DNA of 46,241 nucleotides from Gammaproteobacteria bacterium (GTDB taxonomy: Bacteria; Pseudomonadota; Gammaproteobacteria; SZUA-152), in the NCBI GenBank assembly GCA_015487095.1, contig WFQM01000164.1, forward strand, positions 1 through 46,241. The letters are read 5' to 3'. Under the pieces are notes generated by a model, which saw nothing but the letters and a program-made list of their open reading frames with translations, did not search any database and was not told the origin of the DNA. Positions 17,842 to 27,161 of the stretch are shown here, piece after piece. The translations under genes and the position numbers were made by a program. Each line of letters begins with the position of its first letter. Positions within the stretch are counted from its first letter, which is position 1.

Positions 17842-19317
17842 ATGTCTTCAGATTTTAGTTTTGGTTTTGGGACGGTCACTTCTCAGGGAGTTGGCTCGAA
17901 TCTCAATCTTTCCGGTATTGTTAATGACCTGATGAAGCTTGAGCGTATTCCGCTTGAGCGGATCATCGCACAAAAAACCAATTTTGATGCCAAGGTATCT
18001 TCACTTGGAACGATAAAAAGTTCCCTGTCATCATTTCAGTCTGCGTTGGCAGGTTTGCAGACAGGCACAAGTATACTTGCCAATAAAGCCACTTCATCCA
18101 ATACCGCTTTTGTGACTGCCACAGGGACAGCGGGCTCGATTGCCGGTAATTATTCCATCGAAGTCAGCCAGCTTGCCCAGTCACAAAAAATTGTAGCGAC
18201 AGGGCAGGCAGATGCGACAGCAGCGATTGGCGGTGGTACATCCACTGCGCTGACAATTGATTTAGGAACTATTTCTGGTGGTACTTTTGATGCCGGGACG
18301 GGAACCTACAGTGGTGCAACTTTTACCGCAGGTACGGACCCGTCTTTCGATGTTGTTATTGATAGCAGCAACAATACGCTGGAAGGCATTCGGGATGCGA
18401 TTAATACGGCCAATCAGGGTGTTACGGCAACTATCGTTAATGATGGTGACGCCACAAACCCATACCGGCTTGTATTAAGTTCCACAGATAGCGGCTCTGG
18501 TGAAAGTATACGGGTTGCGGTTTCAGGCGAAGCAGCTTTGTCCGCCTTATTAAGTCAGGACCCTGCCGGGACACAGAATTTCTCGGAAAATATTACCGCA
18601 CAGGATGCTAATTTTACGGTGGATGGTATAGCAATCACCAAATCCTCCAATACCGTTACAGATGTGGTTTCAGGTGTCACTTTGGGTTTGTCGGCGGTGA
18701 CAGCAGGGCCAGTTACTGTGTCTGTATCACAGGATACCGACAGTGCAAAAGCAGCCATTGAGACGTTTATCACCGCATATAATGATCTTCGTGAATTAAT
18801 TAATAAAGAAACGGCACCGGGTATTGGAGGAAGCACGGCTGGTGCCCTGGCAAGCGATTCAACCACTCGCCAAATGCTCAATACGATTCGTGATGTGTTG
18901 AATCAGGCACCAACAGGTATTACGGGTTCATACACATCGCTGTCCAGCATTGGTGTTGCCTTTCAACGTGACGGTACACTTGCGCTGGATGAGAGCGTTT
19001 TGGATACCGCAATACAGGCTGATAGCAATAATGTTGCAGAATTATTCTCCGCTGCCGATGGATACGCTACGAGGCTTGGCAGCGTTACGGAAGAGATGCT
19101 GGTTTTCAATGGAACGATTGATTCGCGTACGAATATCTTTAAAGACCGAATTAATGATCTGGAAGACCGACAGGTAACACTTGAGAGCAGATTGGAACGG
19201 ATAGAGGCACGCATGCGAGCGAGATTTACGGCTCTGGATGTATTGGTCGCCAGCCTCTCATCAACAAATACTGCTTTGACACAACAGCTTGATAGTTTAA
19301 ATCCCTCTTCAACATAA
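17842..19317 (+). CDS. fliD: Flagellar filament cap protein FliD (HAP2)
   Basis: 491 aa. N-terminal GSNLNLSGIVNDLMKLERIPL and C-terminal coiled coil RFTALDVLVASL. Position is syntenic. Confidence 0.95.
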   Translation: MSSDFSFGFGTVTSQGVGSNLNLSGIVNDLMKLERIPLERIIAQKTNFDAKVSSLGTIKSSLSSFQSALAGLQTGTSILANKATSSNTAFVTATGTAGSIAGNYSIEVSQLAQSQKIVATGQADATAAIGGGTSTALTIDLGTISGGTFDAGTGTYSGATFTAGTDPSFDVVIDSSNNTLEGIRDAINTANQGVTATIVNDGDATNPYRLVLSSTDSGSGESIRVAVSGEAALSALLSQDPAGTQNFSENITAQDANFTVDGIAITKSSNTVTDVVSGVTLGLSAVTAGPVTVSVSQDTDSAKAAIETFITAYNDLRELINKETAPGIGGSTAGALASDSTTRQMLNTIRDVLNQAPTGITGSYTSLSSIGVAFQRDGTLALDESVLDTAIQADSNNVAELFSAADGYATRLGSVTEEMLVFNGTIDSRTNIFKDRINDLEDRQVTLESRLERIEARMRARFTALDVLVASLSSTNTALTQQLDSLNPSST

Positions 19318-19396
19318 CGAGCAAATAAATAATTTTTGGATCGTATTGTTTTATTGATATCAGGGATATCGAGTATTTTAACACGTTGATTCTTGA

Positions 19397-19795
19397 ATGG
19401 AGCCCGGAATGGAAAGCACAAAAACGGCAGTCAATGCTTACCAGGCAGTACAAATTGATGCTGCGGTTTTGGGAGCCAGCCCTCACGAGTTAATTGCAAA
19501 ATTACTTTCCAAAGCGATTTCTTCAATTGGTGAGGCCAAGGGGTATATGCTGAATAATGATATTCCCAATAAAGCCGGACAGATTAAAATAGCCATTTCG
19601 ATTATTTCTGATGGATTGCGCGGTAGCCTGGATATGGACGCGGGTGGAGAAATTGCGGAGAATCTGGATGCGTTATATGAATATATGTTGCAGCGTTTGA
19701 TGGCGGGGCATGCGAAAAATGATCCGGCAGCACTGGATGAAGTGAACACACTTTTGCGGGAAATAAAATCAGGCTGGGATGGTATCAAGCCCTAG
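19397..19795 (+). CDS. fliS: Flagellar export chaperone FliS
   Basis: AYQAVQIDAAVLGASPHELIAKLL...ALYEYMLQRL four-helix pattern. The true start may be the ATG at 19409, which has GGAG 6 nt upstream. Confidence 0.9.
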   Translation: MEPGMESTKTAVNAYQAVQIDAAVLGASPHELIAKLLSKAISSIGEAKGYMLNNDIPNKAGQIKIAISIISDGLRGSLDMDAGGEIAENLDALYEYMLQRLMAGHAKNDPAALDEVNTLLREIKSGWDGIKP

Positions 19796-19821
19796 GCTTT
19801 GATTGACAAGCTATAAATATC

Positions 19822-20145
19822 ATGAGCGCTGCGATAAAATTTTCATCTGCTGAGCAGTTGCTGATATTCACCCGGGAAATGTTGTTGTCTGCACAGACGG
19901 GTGACTGGGAAAAACTAACCGAGTTGGAAAAAGCCCGCCTGCCGTTACTGGATAAAGTGTTTTCTCAGGGGGTTGCTGACAAGGTTGAACTTGCCCGGGA
20001 AGTGCTTTCCATTGATGAGAAAACGAAAAGTCTGGCAGAGGCAGAGATGCCGGTCATTCAAAATGAGTTACTTAAAATAAAAAATTCGGGTAAAGCCAGC
20101 GCAGCTTATCAAGCCATTCAGGGCTTCACTTCCAATAATAAATAA
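19822..20145 (+). CDS. fliT: Probable flagellar chaperone FliT
   Basis: 107-aa helical protein directly after fliS, with a GDWEKLTELEKARLPLLDKVF-type segment. The call rests mainly on position and size. Confidence 0.55.
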   Translation: MSAAIKFSSAEQLLIFTREMLLSAQTGDWEKLTELEKARLPLLDKVFSQGVADKVELAREVLSIDEKTKSLAEAEMPVIQNELLKIKNSGKASAAYQAIQGFTSNNK

Positions 20146-20214
20146 TCACCAGCTATCGGCCAGTGTTGCACAATAATTTTCCTTTTCAATTTTTTCATCG
20201 GTTGCATAAAACAA

Positions 20215-20805
20215 GTGGCTTCGATTACTCTGCGGGATATGTATAGCAAATCACACAATTCTCTGTTGGATGGCATCACTTTTAATGATTATTTGCCCAT
20301 GGATTGGGAAGTGCTGGCTGCATTGCCCAGCGAGGGTGAGCAGCATCGCCATCATCGTGCCAATGAAGAACTGCTACACAATCTGTTACTGAGGGATGAG
20401 GCGATATCTCAGGAAAGTGACGAAGCAGAAGTGGTTAGCGGTCACGAGCAATTTAAACGTCTTGAAACACGCTTGGATCTGCTGTTGAGCTTGATTACGG
20501 AAATGATGACCAACAACAGTCATTTGCCGACGCAGCATGCTGTTACCCTTGGTGCGAACGGCCTTTGTGTGCAGATTGTAGACAATGTTATTGTCAGTCT
20601 TGAAGATGGCACATTATTGAAAATCCGGCTTTATCCTGATCCGCATTTCCCCCGTCCGTTAATACTTTATGCACAGCTTGTTGATGTACAGGCGCAAAGT
20701 TTTACGGTGAATTTCTGCCCGTTGGAAGAGCGTCTACAGGATCAGCTGGACAAATATATTTTTCGCCAGCATCGTCGTGCCATTGCTTTGGCTCGTAAAA
20801 AGTGA
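20215..20805 (+). CDS. Hypothetical protein, possibly an atypical PilZ-like c-di-GMP receptor
   Basis: 196 aa with a GTG start (alternative ATG at 20239). Long helix LETRLDLLLSLITEMM followed by a beta-rich region and C-terminal IFRQHRRAIALARKK. Occupies the slot between fliS/T and fleQ. Confidence 0.45.
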   Translation: MASITLRDMYSKSHNSLLDGITFNDYLPMDWEVLAALPSEGEQHRHHRANEELLHNLLLRDEAISQESDEAEVVSGHEQFKRLETRLDLLLSLITEMMTNNSHLPTQHAVTLGANGLCVQIVDNVIVSLEDGTLLKIRLYPDPHFPRPLILYAQLVDVQAQSFTVNFCPLEERLQDQLDKYIFRQHRRAIALARKK

Positions 20806-20917
20806 AAACTCATAATTTATCGGGCGTTAGCCCTCAAGCTTTATAGGAGAAACGAAGTAACCCACCCAGCATACGGTTTTATAAAGTAATTTTTATCCGC
20901 TTATCTGTGACAATATT

Positions 20918-20945
20918 TTGACATCCCGAAAATATGGTGTATAAC
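20918..20945 (+). promoter_or_regulatory. Candidate sigma70 promoter of fleQ
   Basis: TTGACA-16 nt-TATAAC, 68 nt upstream of the fleQ ATG. Confidence 0.5.
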
Positions 20946-21012
20946 TTAGTGCGTTGCAGGGGAAACAGCCGCACTTGGTTTGTGCAAATGGCCTTAATTC
21001 TGGGAGGAAAAA

Positions 21013-22446
21013 ATGCCTGATTCAATGACTCTGTTGCTGGTCGAAGATAATGATCAACAGCGTCAGAAATTTGCTGCTATTTTGGAATTTGTTGCACAGG
21101 GAGCGGTGAATGTTACCGACAGCAGCAGAGCACTGGATTTTCTGGATGATCGAACAGAAGCAGTTTTATTGGGAAATTGTGGCTCCACAGAACGCCTTGT
21201 TGAATTATTCAGCGAGATAAAGAAAAAATCTGAAAGCACGCCCGTTGTACTCTTCCTGGCGGAAGACAGTGATCGTTCACTGGATAAAAACATGGTGCAA
21301 TCTGCCTTTGCCATGTTGAACCTTCCCTTACGTTATTCCGAGCTATCTGATTTATTGCAGCGTGCAGAGGTGTTTAACCTGGGTCGAAAGCGCGGTGGCG
21401 GTGGTGGTGTCAACCTGGATTTGTTTCGCAGTCTGGTGGGTAACAGTCGCGGAGTGATCGAAGTGCGCAAGCTGATTGAACAAGTCGCCAACTCCGAAGC
21501 CACGGTGCTGATTTTGGGTGAATCCGGTACCGGTAAAGAAGTGGTTGCACGTAATCTGCATTATCATTCTGTACGGCGTGATAAACCTTTTGTGCCCATT
21601 AACTGCGGCGCAATTCCCGGTGAATTATTGGAAAGTGAATTGTTTGGCCATGAAAAAGGGGCTTTCACTGGAGCTATCAGTGCCCGTCGAGGCCGTTTTG
21701 AAATGGCAGAAGGTGGCACTCTTTTTCTGGATGAGATTGGCGACATGCCCATGAGCATGCAGGTTAAACTGCTGCGTGTGTTGCAGGAGCGTACCTTCGA
21801 ACGTGTCGGTGGTAACAAGGAATTGAAAGCCGATGTGCGGGTCATTGCCGCCACGCACCAAAATCTGGAAGAGCTGATCAAGGATGGTAGCTTCCGCGAG
21901 GATTTGTATTATCGCCTTAACGTATTCCCTATCGATATGCCTCCGTTGCGTGAACGCATGGACGACGTACCCCTGCTGGTGAATGAATTGATTGCCCGCA
22001 TGGAGAACGAGAAACGTGGTTCGGTGCGTTTCACCCCGGCGGCAATGATAGCGCTGTGCCAGTATCGGTGGCCGGGCAATGTGCGTGAACTGTCCAACCT
22101 GCTGGAACGCATGGTGATCATGTATCCCTATGGCATTGTTGATGTTGCGGATTTACCCGAAAAATTCCGGCCAATCGGCACTGTGAGTGAAGATGCGCCC
22201 AGTATTCACTTTGAACAACATCTGATGCCCAGTGCCGATTTTCAGACATCCCGTCTGCCCCGGGAAGGCATCGACTTAAAGGAACATATCAGTTCCATGG
22301 AATGCTCTCTGATCAAGCAAGCGCTTGATGATGCGGGTGGTGTGGTGGCTCATGCCGCGAAACGACTCAAGATGCGTCGTACCACGCTGGTGGAAAAATT
22401 GCGCAAATACGGTCTGCAACGCACTGAAACCATGACGGAAATTTGA
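21013..22446 (+). CDS. fleQ: Sigma54-dependent flagellar master regulator FleQ/FlrA
   Basis: REC-like FleQ N-domain without the usual acidic pocket. AAA+ motifs GESGTGKE and ESELFGHEKGAFTGA, plus a C-terminal HTH. LFRS, ARN and E-x3-R motifs are present. Confidence 0.9.
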   Translation: MPDSMTLLLVEDNDQQRQKFAAILEFVAQGAVNVTDSSRALDFLDDRTEAVLLGNCGSTERLVELFSEIKKKSESTPVVLFLAEDSDRSLDKNMVQSAFAMLNLPLRYSELSDLLQRAEVFNLGRKRGGGGGVNLDLFRSLVGNSRGVIEVRKLIEQVANSEATVLILGESGTGKEVVARNLHYHSVRRDKPFVPINCGAIPGELLESELFGHEKGAFTGAISARRGRFEMAEGGTLFLDEIGDMPMSMQVKLLRVLQERTFERVGGNKELKADVRVIAATHQNLEELIKDGSFREDLYYRLNVFPIDMPPLRERMDDVPLLVNELIARMENEKRGSVRFTPAAMIALCQYRWPGNVRELSNLLERMVIMYPYGIVDVADLPEKFRPIGTVSEDAPSIHFEQHLMPSADFQTSRLPREGIDLKEHISSMECSLIKQALDDAGGVVAHAAKRLKMRRTTLVEKLRKYGLQRTETMTEI

Positions 22447-22502
22447 CTCATTAAACAGGCTATCACCACTAACTGATTGATAATAAAGAAGGTCATCATT
22501 TA

Positions 22503-22516
22503 GGCACGCTACTTGC
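22503..22516 (+). promoter_or_regulatory. Candidate sigma54 promoter of fleS-fleR
   Basis: aGGCACGctacTTGCt matches TGGCACG-N4-TTGC with correct GG/GC spacing. Lies 54 nt upstream of the fleS ATG. Confidence 0.65.
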
Positions 22517-22569
22517 TACTTCTGTGTTGTATCACACAGACTGTTTGAAACAGAAAGGCAAGGCGTGCC

Positions 22570-23754
22570 ATGGCAGTATCGCAACAAATTCAAAACCTGG
22601 AAAAAAGTTTCAAGGTTTTTAATCGTGTCTCCTCCCAACTGGAGACCTCATATCATCAGCTCGAAGACCGTGTTAGCCAGTTGCAGGGTGAGTTGGCGGG
22701 GCATGTTTCGGCACAGACGGTTACTGCAGATGCCTCATTGCTGCGCGCCATTTTGACGGCGTTGCCAGCCGGTGTGGTAGTGGTGGACGGTTCAGGCCAG
22801 ATCAGTGAATTTAATCCGGGTGCCACAGCTATGCTGGGTGAACTCCAGCACGGTGAAATGTGGGCAAGTGTGATTGCGCGCGTGTTTGCACCACGTTCCG
22901 ATGATGGTCACGAAATTTCATTACGTGATGGGCGGCGTGTCAGTATTGCCACTTGTCCATTGGGCGATCAACCCGGTCAGGTGTTACTGATCACCGACTT
23001 GACGGAAACGCGCGAACTACAGGATAACCTCGGTCAGCATCAACGCTTGATTGCCATGGGCGAAATGGCCGCAGGACTTGCTCATCAAATTCGTACCCCT
23101 CTGGCATCCAGTCTGTTGTTTGCCGCACAACTCAAAAATACCCGGTTGGATAATCATGCCCGCAGTCAATTGGCGGACAAAGTCACTGAGCGGTTACGTC
23201 AACTGGAATCGCTGATTTCCGACATGCTGATTTTTTCACGTACCGGGTACAGTGGGCAAGAGTGCGTTAGTGTTGCCACATTATTTGAAGAACTGGAAAA
23301 CCAGATTACTGGTCTATGCCAACAACGCGATATTCAATTAGTGGTGATGTGTGAAACGCCCACGCAGGAAATTAAAGGTAACCCGCGTATTCTTGGTAGC
23401 GCATTGCTTAATCTCGCCAACAATGCCATTCAGGCCATGGGTAAAGAAAATGGCCAGCCATCCCGGTTGACCTTGTTGGCCCGCAATGGTGTCTGCAATA
23501 CCGTTGAACTCTGCGTTATCGATAACGGCCCTGGTATTCCTGAAGACATTCAGCATGAACTTTTCAAACCTTTTTTCACGACACGGAATGATGGTACCGG
23601 CCTGGGGCTTGCGGTAGTGAAAGCGGTTGCACAGGCGCATGGTGGATGTGTGCGAATGGAATCCATACCAGCACAAGGTAGTGAATTTATTCTGCAATTA
23701 CCGATTGTGGGCACAGTGAAAAACACTACGCCAAACCCAGAGGAGGCATTATGA
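22570..23754 (+). CDS. fleS: Flagellar sensor histidine kinase FleS/FlrB (soluble, PAS-HisKA-HATPase)
   Basis: No TM segment. H-box MAAGLAHQIRTPL, N-box LLNLANNAIQA, G-boxes DNGPGI and GTGLGLAV. Confidence 0.9.
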   Translation: MAVSQQIQNLEKSFKVFNRVSSQLETSYHQLEDRVSQLQGELAGHVSAQTVTADASLLRAILTALPAGVVVVDGSGQISEFNPGATAMLGELQHGEMWASVIARVFAPRSDDGHEISLRDGRRVSIATCPLGDQPGQVLLITDLTETRELQDNLGQHQRLIAMGEMAAGLAHQIRTPLASSLLFAAQLKNTRLDNHARSQLADKVTERLRQLESLISDMLIFSRTGYSGQECVSVATLFEELENQITGLCQQRDIQLVVMCETPTQEIKGNPRILGSALLNLANNAIQAMGKENGQPSRLTLLARNGVCNTVELCVIDNGPGIPEDIQHELFKPFFTTRNDGTGLGLAVVKAVAQAHGGCVRMESIPAQGSEFILQLPIVGTVKNTTPNPEEAL

Positions 23755-25112
23755 GCCAGGCTGTTATTCTGGTTGTTGAAGATGATGCCGATTTGCGGGC
23801 AGCACTTTGCGACACCCTGGCACTAGCGGGGTATAAAGCACAAACCGCCAGTGATGGGCTTGTTGCTATGGAGATTCTCCAGTGCCAGTCAATCGATATG
23901 GTGATTACGGATATTCAGATGCCGGGCATGGATGGACATGAATTGCTCAAAAAAATCAAAACACAATGGCCGGATATTCCGGTGATGTTGATGACGGCGT
24001 ATGGTTCCATACAAATGGCTGTGGAAGCTATGCGTGAGGGTGCTGTGGATTATCTTAGCAAACCCTTTGAAGCAGAAGTGCTGGCGGCCATGGTAAATCA
24101 ATACGTTAGCGAACGTGATGCAGACATCAGCAACATGATTGCGGAAGATCCACGTAGCCGGGAACTTGTCACGCTGGCAAAACGGGTGGCAGATAGCGAT
24201 GCAACCATTATGCTGATGGGTGAAAGTGGTGTGGGTAAAGAGGTGCTGGCACATTATATTCACAATCACTCACAACGGGTAGGAAAGCCTTTTGTTGCAA
24301 TTAATTGCGCGGCAATTCCAGAAAACATGCTGGAAGCAACCTTGTTTGGTTATGAGAAAGGTGCTTTTACCGGTGCTTATAAAGCCTGTCCAGGAAAGTT
24401 TGAACTGGCCCAAGGGGGAACCTTGTTGCTGGATGAAATATCTGAAATGGATGCTGCACTTCAGGCAAAATTATTACGGGTATTGCAAGAGCGTGAAGTC
24501 GAGCGTTTGGGCGGACAAAAAACCACGACATTGGATGTGCGTGTGTTAGCAACCTCTAACCGAAATATGCGCCAGGAAGTTAAAGACGGGCGCTTTCGTG
24601 AAGACCTGTTTTATCGATTAAATGTTTTCCCTATCCAGATACCAGCATTGCGTGACAGGGCAGAAGATATTCTTCCACTGTGTAATATGCTGATCAGCAA
24701 ACATTTTAAATCAAATGCCGGAAATCTGCCGGAATTGAGCAAACCTGCGCGTGAAAAATTATTAAGCCATCAATGGCCGGGTAATGTACGGGAACTGGAT
24801 AATGTGATCCAGCGTTCGCTGATTTTGAAACAAAGTAATGTGATTGATGCAGTCGATATTCAGTTTGAAAATATCAGTGCGGGTACATCTGATGTAACAG
24901 ATGACAGTGAAGATAGTTCTCGCACTCTGGGCAGCGAAATGAAAGACCACGAATACAATAAAATTCTTGCCGCATTGCGTGCTGACAATGGTAATCGTCA
25001 ACGTGCTGCTGAAAGGCTGGGCATCAGTCAACGCACATTGCGCTACAAGCTGGCAAGAATGCGTGAAATGGGCATGTCTGTCCCCGGCCGTTATGGCATG
25101 GAAGCTGTATAG
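23751..25112 (+). CDS. fleR: Sigma54-dependent response regulator FleR/FlrC
   Basis: REC (VITDIQMPGMDG), AAA+ (GESGVGKE, GYEKGAFTGA) and Fis-type HTH (QRAAERLGISQRTLRYKL). ATGA overlap with fleS. Confidence 0.9.
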   Translation: MSQAVILVVEDDADLRAALCDTLALAGYKAQTASDGLVAMEILQCQSIDMVITDIQMPGMDGHELLKKIKTQWPDIPVMLMTAYGSIQMAVEAMREGAVDYLSKPFEAEVLAAMVNQYVSERDADISNMIAEDPRSRELVTLAKRVADSDATIMLMGESGVGKEVLAHYIHNHSQRVGKPFVAINCAAIPENMLEATLFGYEKGAFTGAYKACPGKFELAQGGTLLLDEISEMDAALQAKLLRVLQEREVERLGGQKTTTLDVRVLATSNRNMRQEVKDGRFREDLFYRLNVFPIQIPALRDRAEDILPLCNMLISKHFKSNAGNLPELSKPAREKLLSHQWPGNVRELDNVIQRSLILKQSNVIDAVDIQFENISAGTSDVTDDSEDSSRTLGSEMKDHEYNKILAALRADNGNRQRAAERLGISQRTLRYKLARMREMGMSVPGRYGMEAV

Positions 25113-25150
25113 CCCGGGTTTGTTGATCGATGTAACGAAACAGGAGAATC

Positions 25151-25474
25151 ATGATGAATGAAATCGATACCAGCCAACTGATTACCCAAATGCGTGCCAT
25201 GGCTGCTGCCGCACAGGGAAACACAGCAACACCACAAAATAATATAACAGGAAGTAATTTTGGGGACTTGTTAAGCAACAGTATTAACAAGGTCAATGAA
25301 GTCCAAAAAACATCTGGGAAACTGACTAATGCTTTTCTTTCCGGTGATTCCAGTGTCAGCCTTGCCGAAGTGATGATAGCCAAACAAAAATCCGGTATCG
25401 CTTTTGAAGCCGCACTTCAGGTCCGGAAAAAGTTATTAAGTGCTTATAAGGAAATAATGTCAATGCAGGTTTGA
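25151..25474 (+). CDS. fliE: Flagellar hook-basal body protein FliE
   Basis: 107 aa with FGDLL..SINKVNEVQ....L...F and a C-terminal AFEAALQVRKKLLSAYKEIMSMQV. AGGAG SD. Confidence 0.9.
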   Translation: MMNEIDTSQLITQMRAMAAAAQGNTATPQNNITGSNFGDLLSNSINKVNEVQKTSGKLTNAFLSGDSSVSLAEVMIAKQKSGIAFEAALQVRKKLLSAYKEIMSMQV

Positions 25475-25523
25475 TATTGTTCATCAGTCAAAAAGTAATC
25501 GGCAATAATAAAGAAGGTTCCCT

Positions 25524-27161
25524 ATGGCATTAGTCAATACTGAAGAAGTTTCTGCCGGGCTTGCAGGCATGAGTGGTCTTAATGCCTTTCGCCAAATAGG
25601 CCTGATGCTAGGGCTGGCTGCCAGCGTAGCTATCGGTGTGACTGTGGTGTTGTGGTCATGGACGCCTAATTACGGTGTGTTATATGGCGCACTGGAAGAA
25701 CAGGATGTCAGCACTGTGTTGGATGCGTTACGGCAGGGGGGTATTGAAGCAAAGCTTGATGAAGCCACAGGAGCTGTATTGGTACCCAAAAGTAATATTC
25801 ATGATGCGCGCATCAGGCTGGCTTCCATGGGATTGCCAAAGGGTGTGAGTGCCGGTTTTGATGCATTGGAAGATAAAAGCAGTTTTGGTGTTTCACAGTT
25901 TATGGAAAAGGCACGTTACCAGCGTGCGTTGGAGATTGAGCTGGCGAGAACGATTTCCAGTCTGAGTAACGTTAAAAATGCACGAGTGCATTTGGCTGTG
26001 CCACGGCAATCGGTTTTTGTGCGTAACCGAAAAAAATCCAGTGCCTCGGTGGTGATTGATTTATTCCCCGGTCGTAATCTGGAAAGTGGACAGGTATCTG
26101 CGATCACACATATGGTGTCATCCAGTATTCCTGAACTGGATGTCAGCAATGTTACCGTGGTGGATCAGCGAGGAAAGTTATTGACCTCGGGAAGCACCAA
26201 TTTACAAATTGCGCGGACGGGAGCCCAGTTTGAGTACATCAATAAATTTGAGCAGGCTTATATTGATCGTATCGAACGTTTGCTGGAGCCCATTCTGGGG
26301 TCTGAATCTGTACGAGCACAAGTGACGGCAGATATTGATTTTACCGCAAGCGAGCAAACACAGGAAAGTTTCAACCCGGATGCCCCGGCTTTACGCAGTG
26401 ACCAAACCACGCTGGAAGAATCTTCCGGTGCCATCAATGGTGGCGTACCCGGTGCGCTGACAAACCAACCTCCCGGTGCCGGAGCCATTCAGGAAAATAT
26501 CGGTGTCGACGTTGCCAAGGCGACACCCAGTAGCAGGCATCGCCGGGAAATACGTAACTATGAGCTGGATAAAACCATTAGCCATACACGATTTTCTATG
26601 GGGCGTCTGAAAAGATTGTCAGTGGCTGTGGTGGTGGACGATAAAATAACGGTAGTCGATGGTAATAGCACACGTCTGCCACGTACCCCGGAAGAGCTGT
26701 CCCGCTTGAGTAATTTGATCAAAGAAGCAGTGGGGTTCAATGTGCAACGCGGTGACACGGTGAATGTGATGAATTCATCATTCACGGTGCCTGAAGCACC
26801 AGAGCCTTTACCTGAAGTACCTATCTGGGAACAGGGGTGGGCGCTGGATATTGGCAAAAAAATCCTGGGTGCTTTATTGGTAATCATCGTTTTGTTTGGA
26901 ATATTAAAACCGATTATGCGCTCACTGGCGACACAGTCACGCGAAATGGTGCCGGTTAACAGCGCGACAGGATCAGCAGCCGTCAATAGCGTCGAGGGTA
27001 TGGCGGAGGACACCGTGACTTTAGGTGCAGCACAAGATATCCCGGCCATTCCTGCCCCCGGAAGTTACGAGCAAAATATGATTACCGCGAACAAGGCCGT
27101 TGAACAGGACCCAAAGTTGGTGGCGCAGGTCGTGAAGAACTGGGTGGCCAATGATGGCTGA
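25524..27161 (+). CDS. fliF: Flagellar MS-ring protein FliF
   Basis: 545 aa. Two TM segments flank the periplasmic ring domain (RYQRALEIELARTI, LAVPRQSVFV). Confidence 0.95.
   Translation: MALVNTEEVSAGLAGMSGLNAFRQIGLMLGLAASVAIGVTVVLWSWTPNYGVLYGALEEQDVSTVLDALRQGGIEAKLDEATGAVLVPKSNIHDARIRLASMGLPKGVSAGFDALEDKSSFGVSQFMEKARYQRALEIELARTISSLSNVKNARVHLAVPRQSVFVRNRKKSSASVVIDLFPGRNLESGQVSAITHMVSSSIPELDVSNVTVVDQRGKLLTSGSTNLQIARTGAQFEYINKFEQAYIDRIERLLEPILGSESVRAQVTADIDFTASEQTQESFNPDAPALRSDQTTLEESSGAINGGVPGALTNQPPGAGAIQENIGVDVAKATPSSRHRREIRNYELDKTISHTRFSMGRLKRLSVAVVVDDKITVVDGNSTRLPRTPEELSRLSNLIKEAVGFNVQRGDTVNVMNSSFTVPEAPEPLPEVPIWEQGWALDIGKKILGALLVIIVLFGILKPIMRSLATQSREMVPVNSATGSAAVNSVEGMAEDTVTLGAAQDIPAIPAPGSYEQNMITANKAVEQDPKLVAQVVKNWVANDG

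Noticed and set aside
25094-25108. TGGCATGGAAGCTGT at the 3' end of fleR as a sigma54 promoter for fliE.
   Set aside because: The -12 element reads GT instead of the near-invariant GC. It is kept only as a very weak possibility. fliE may be read through from fleSR or use a site I cannot see.
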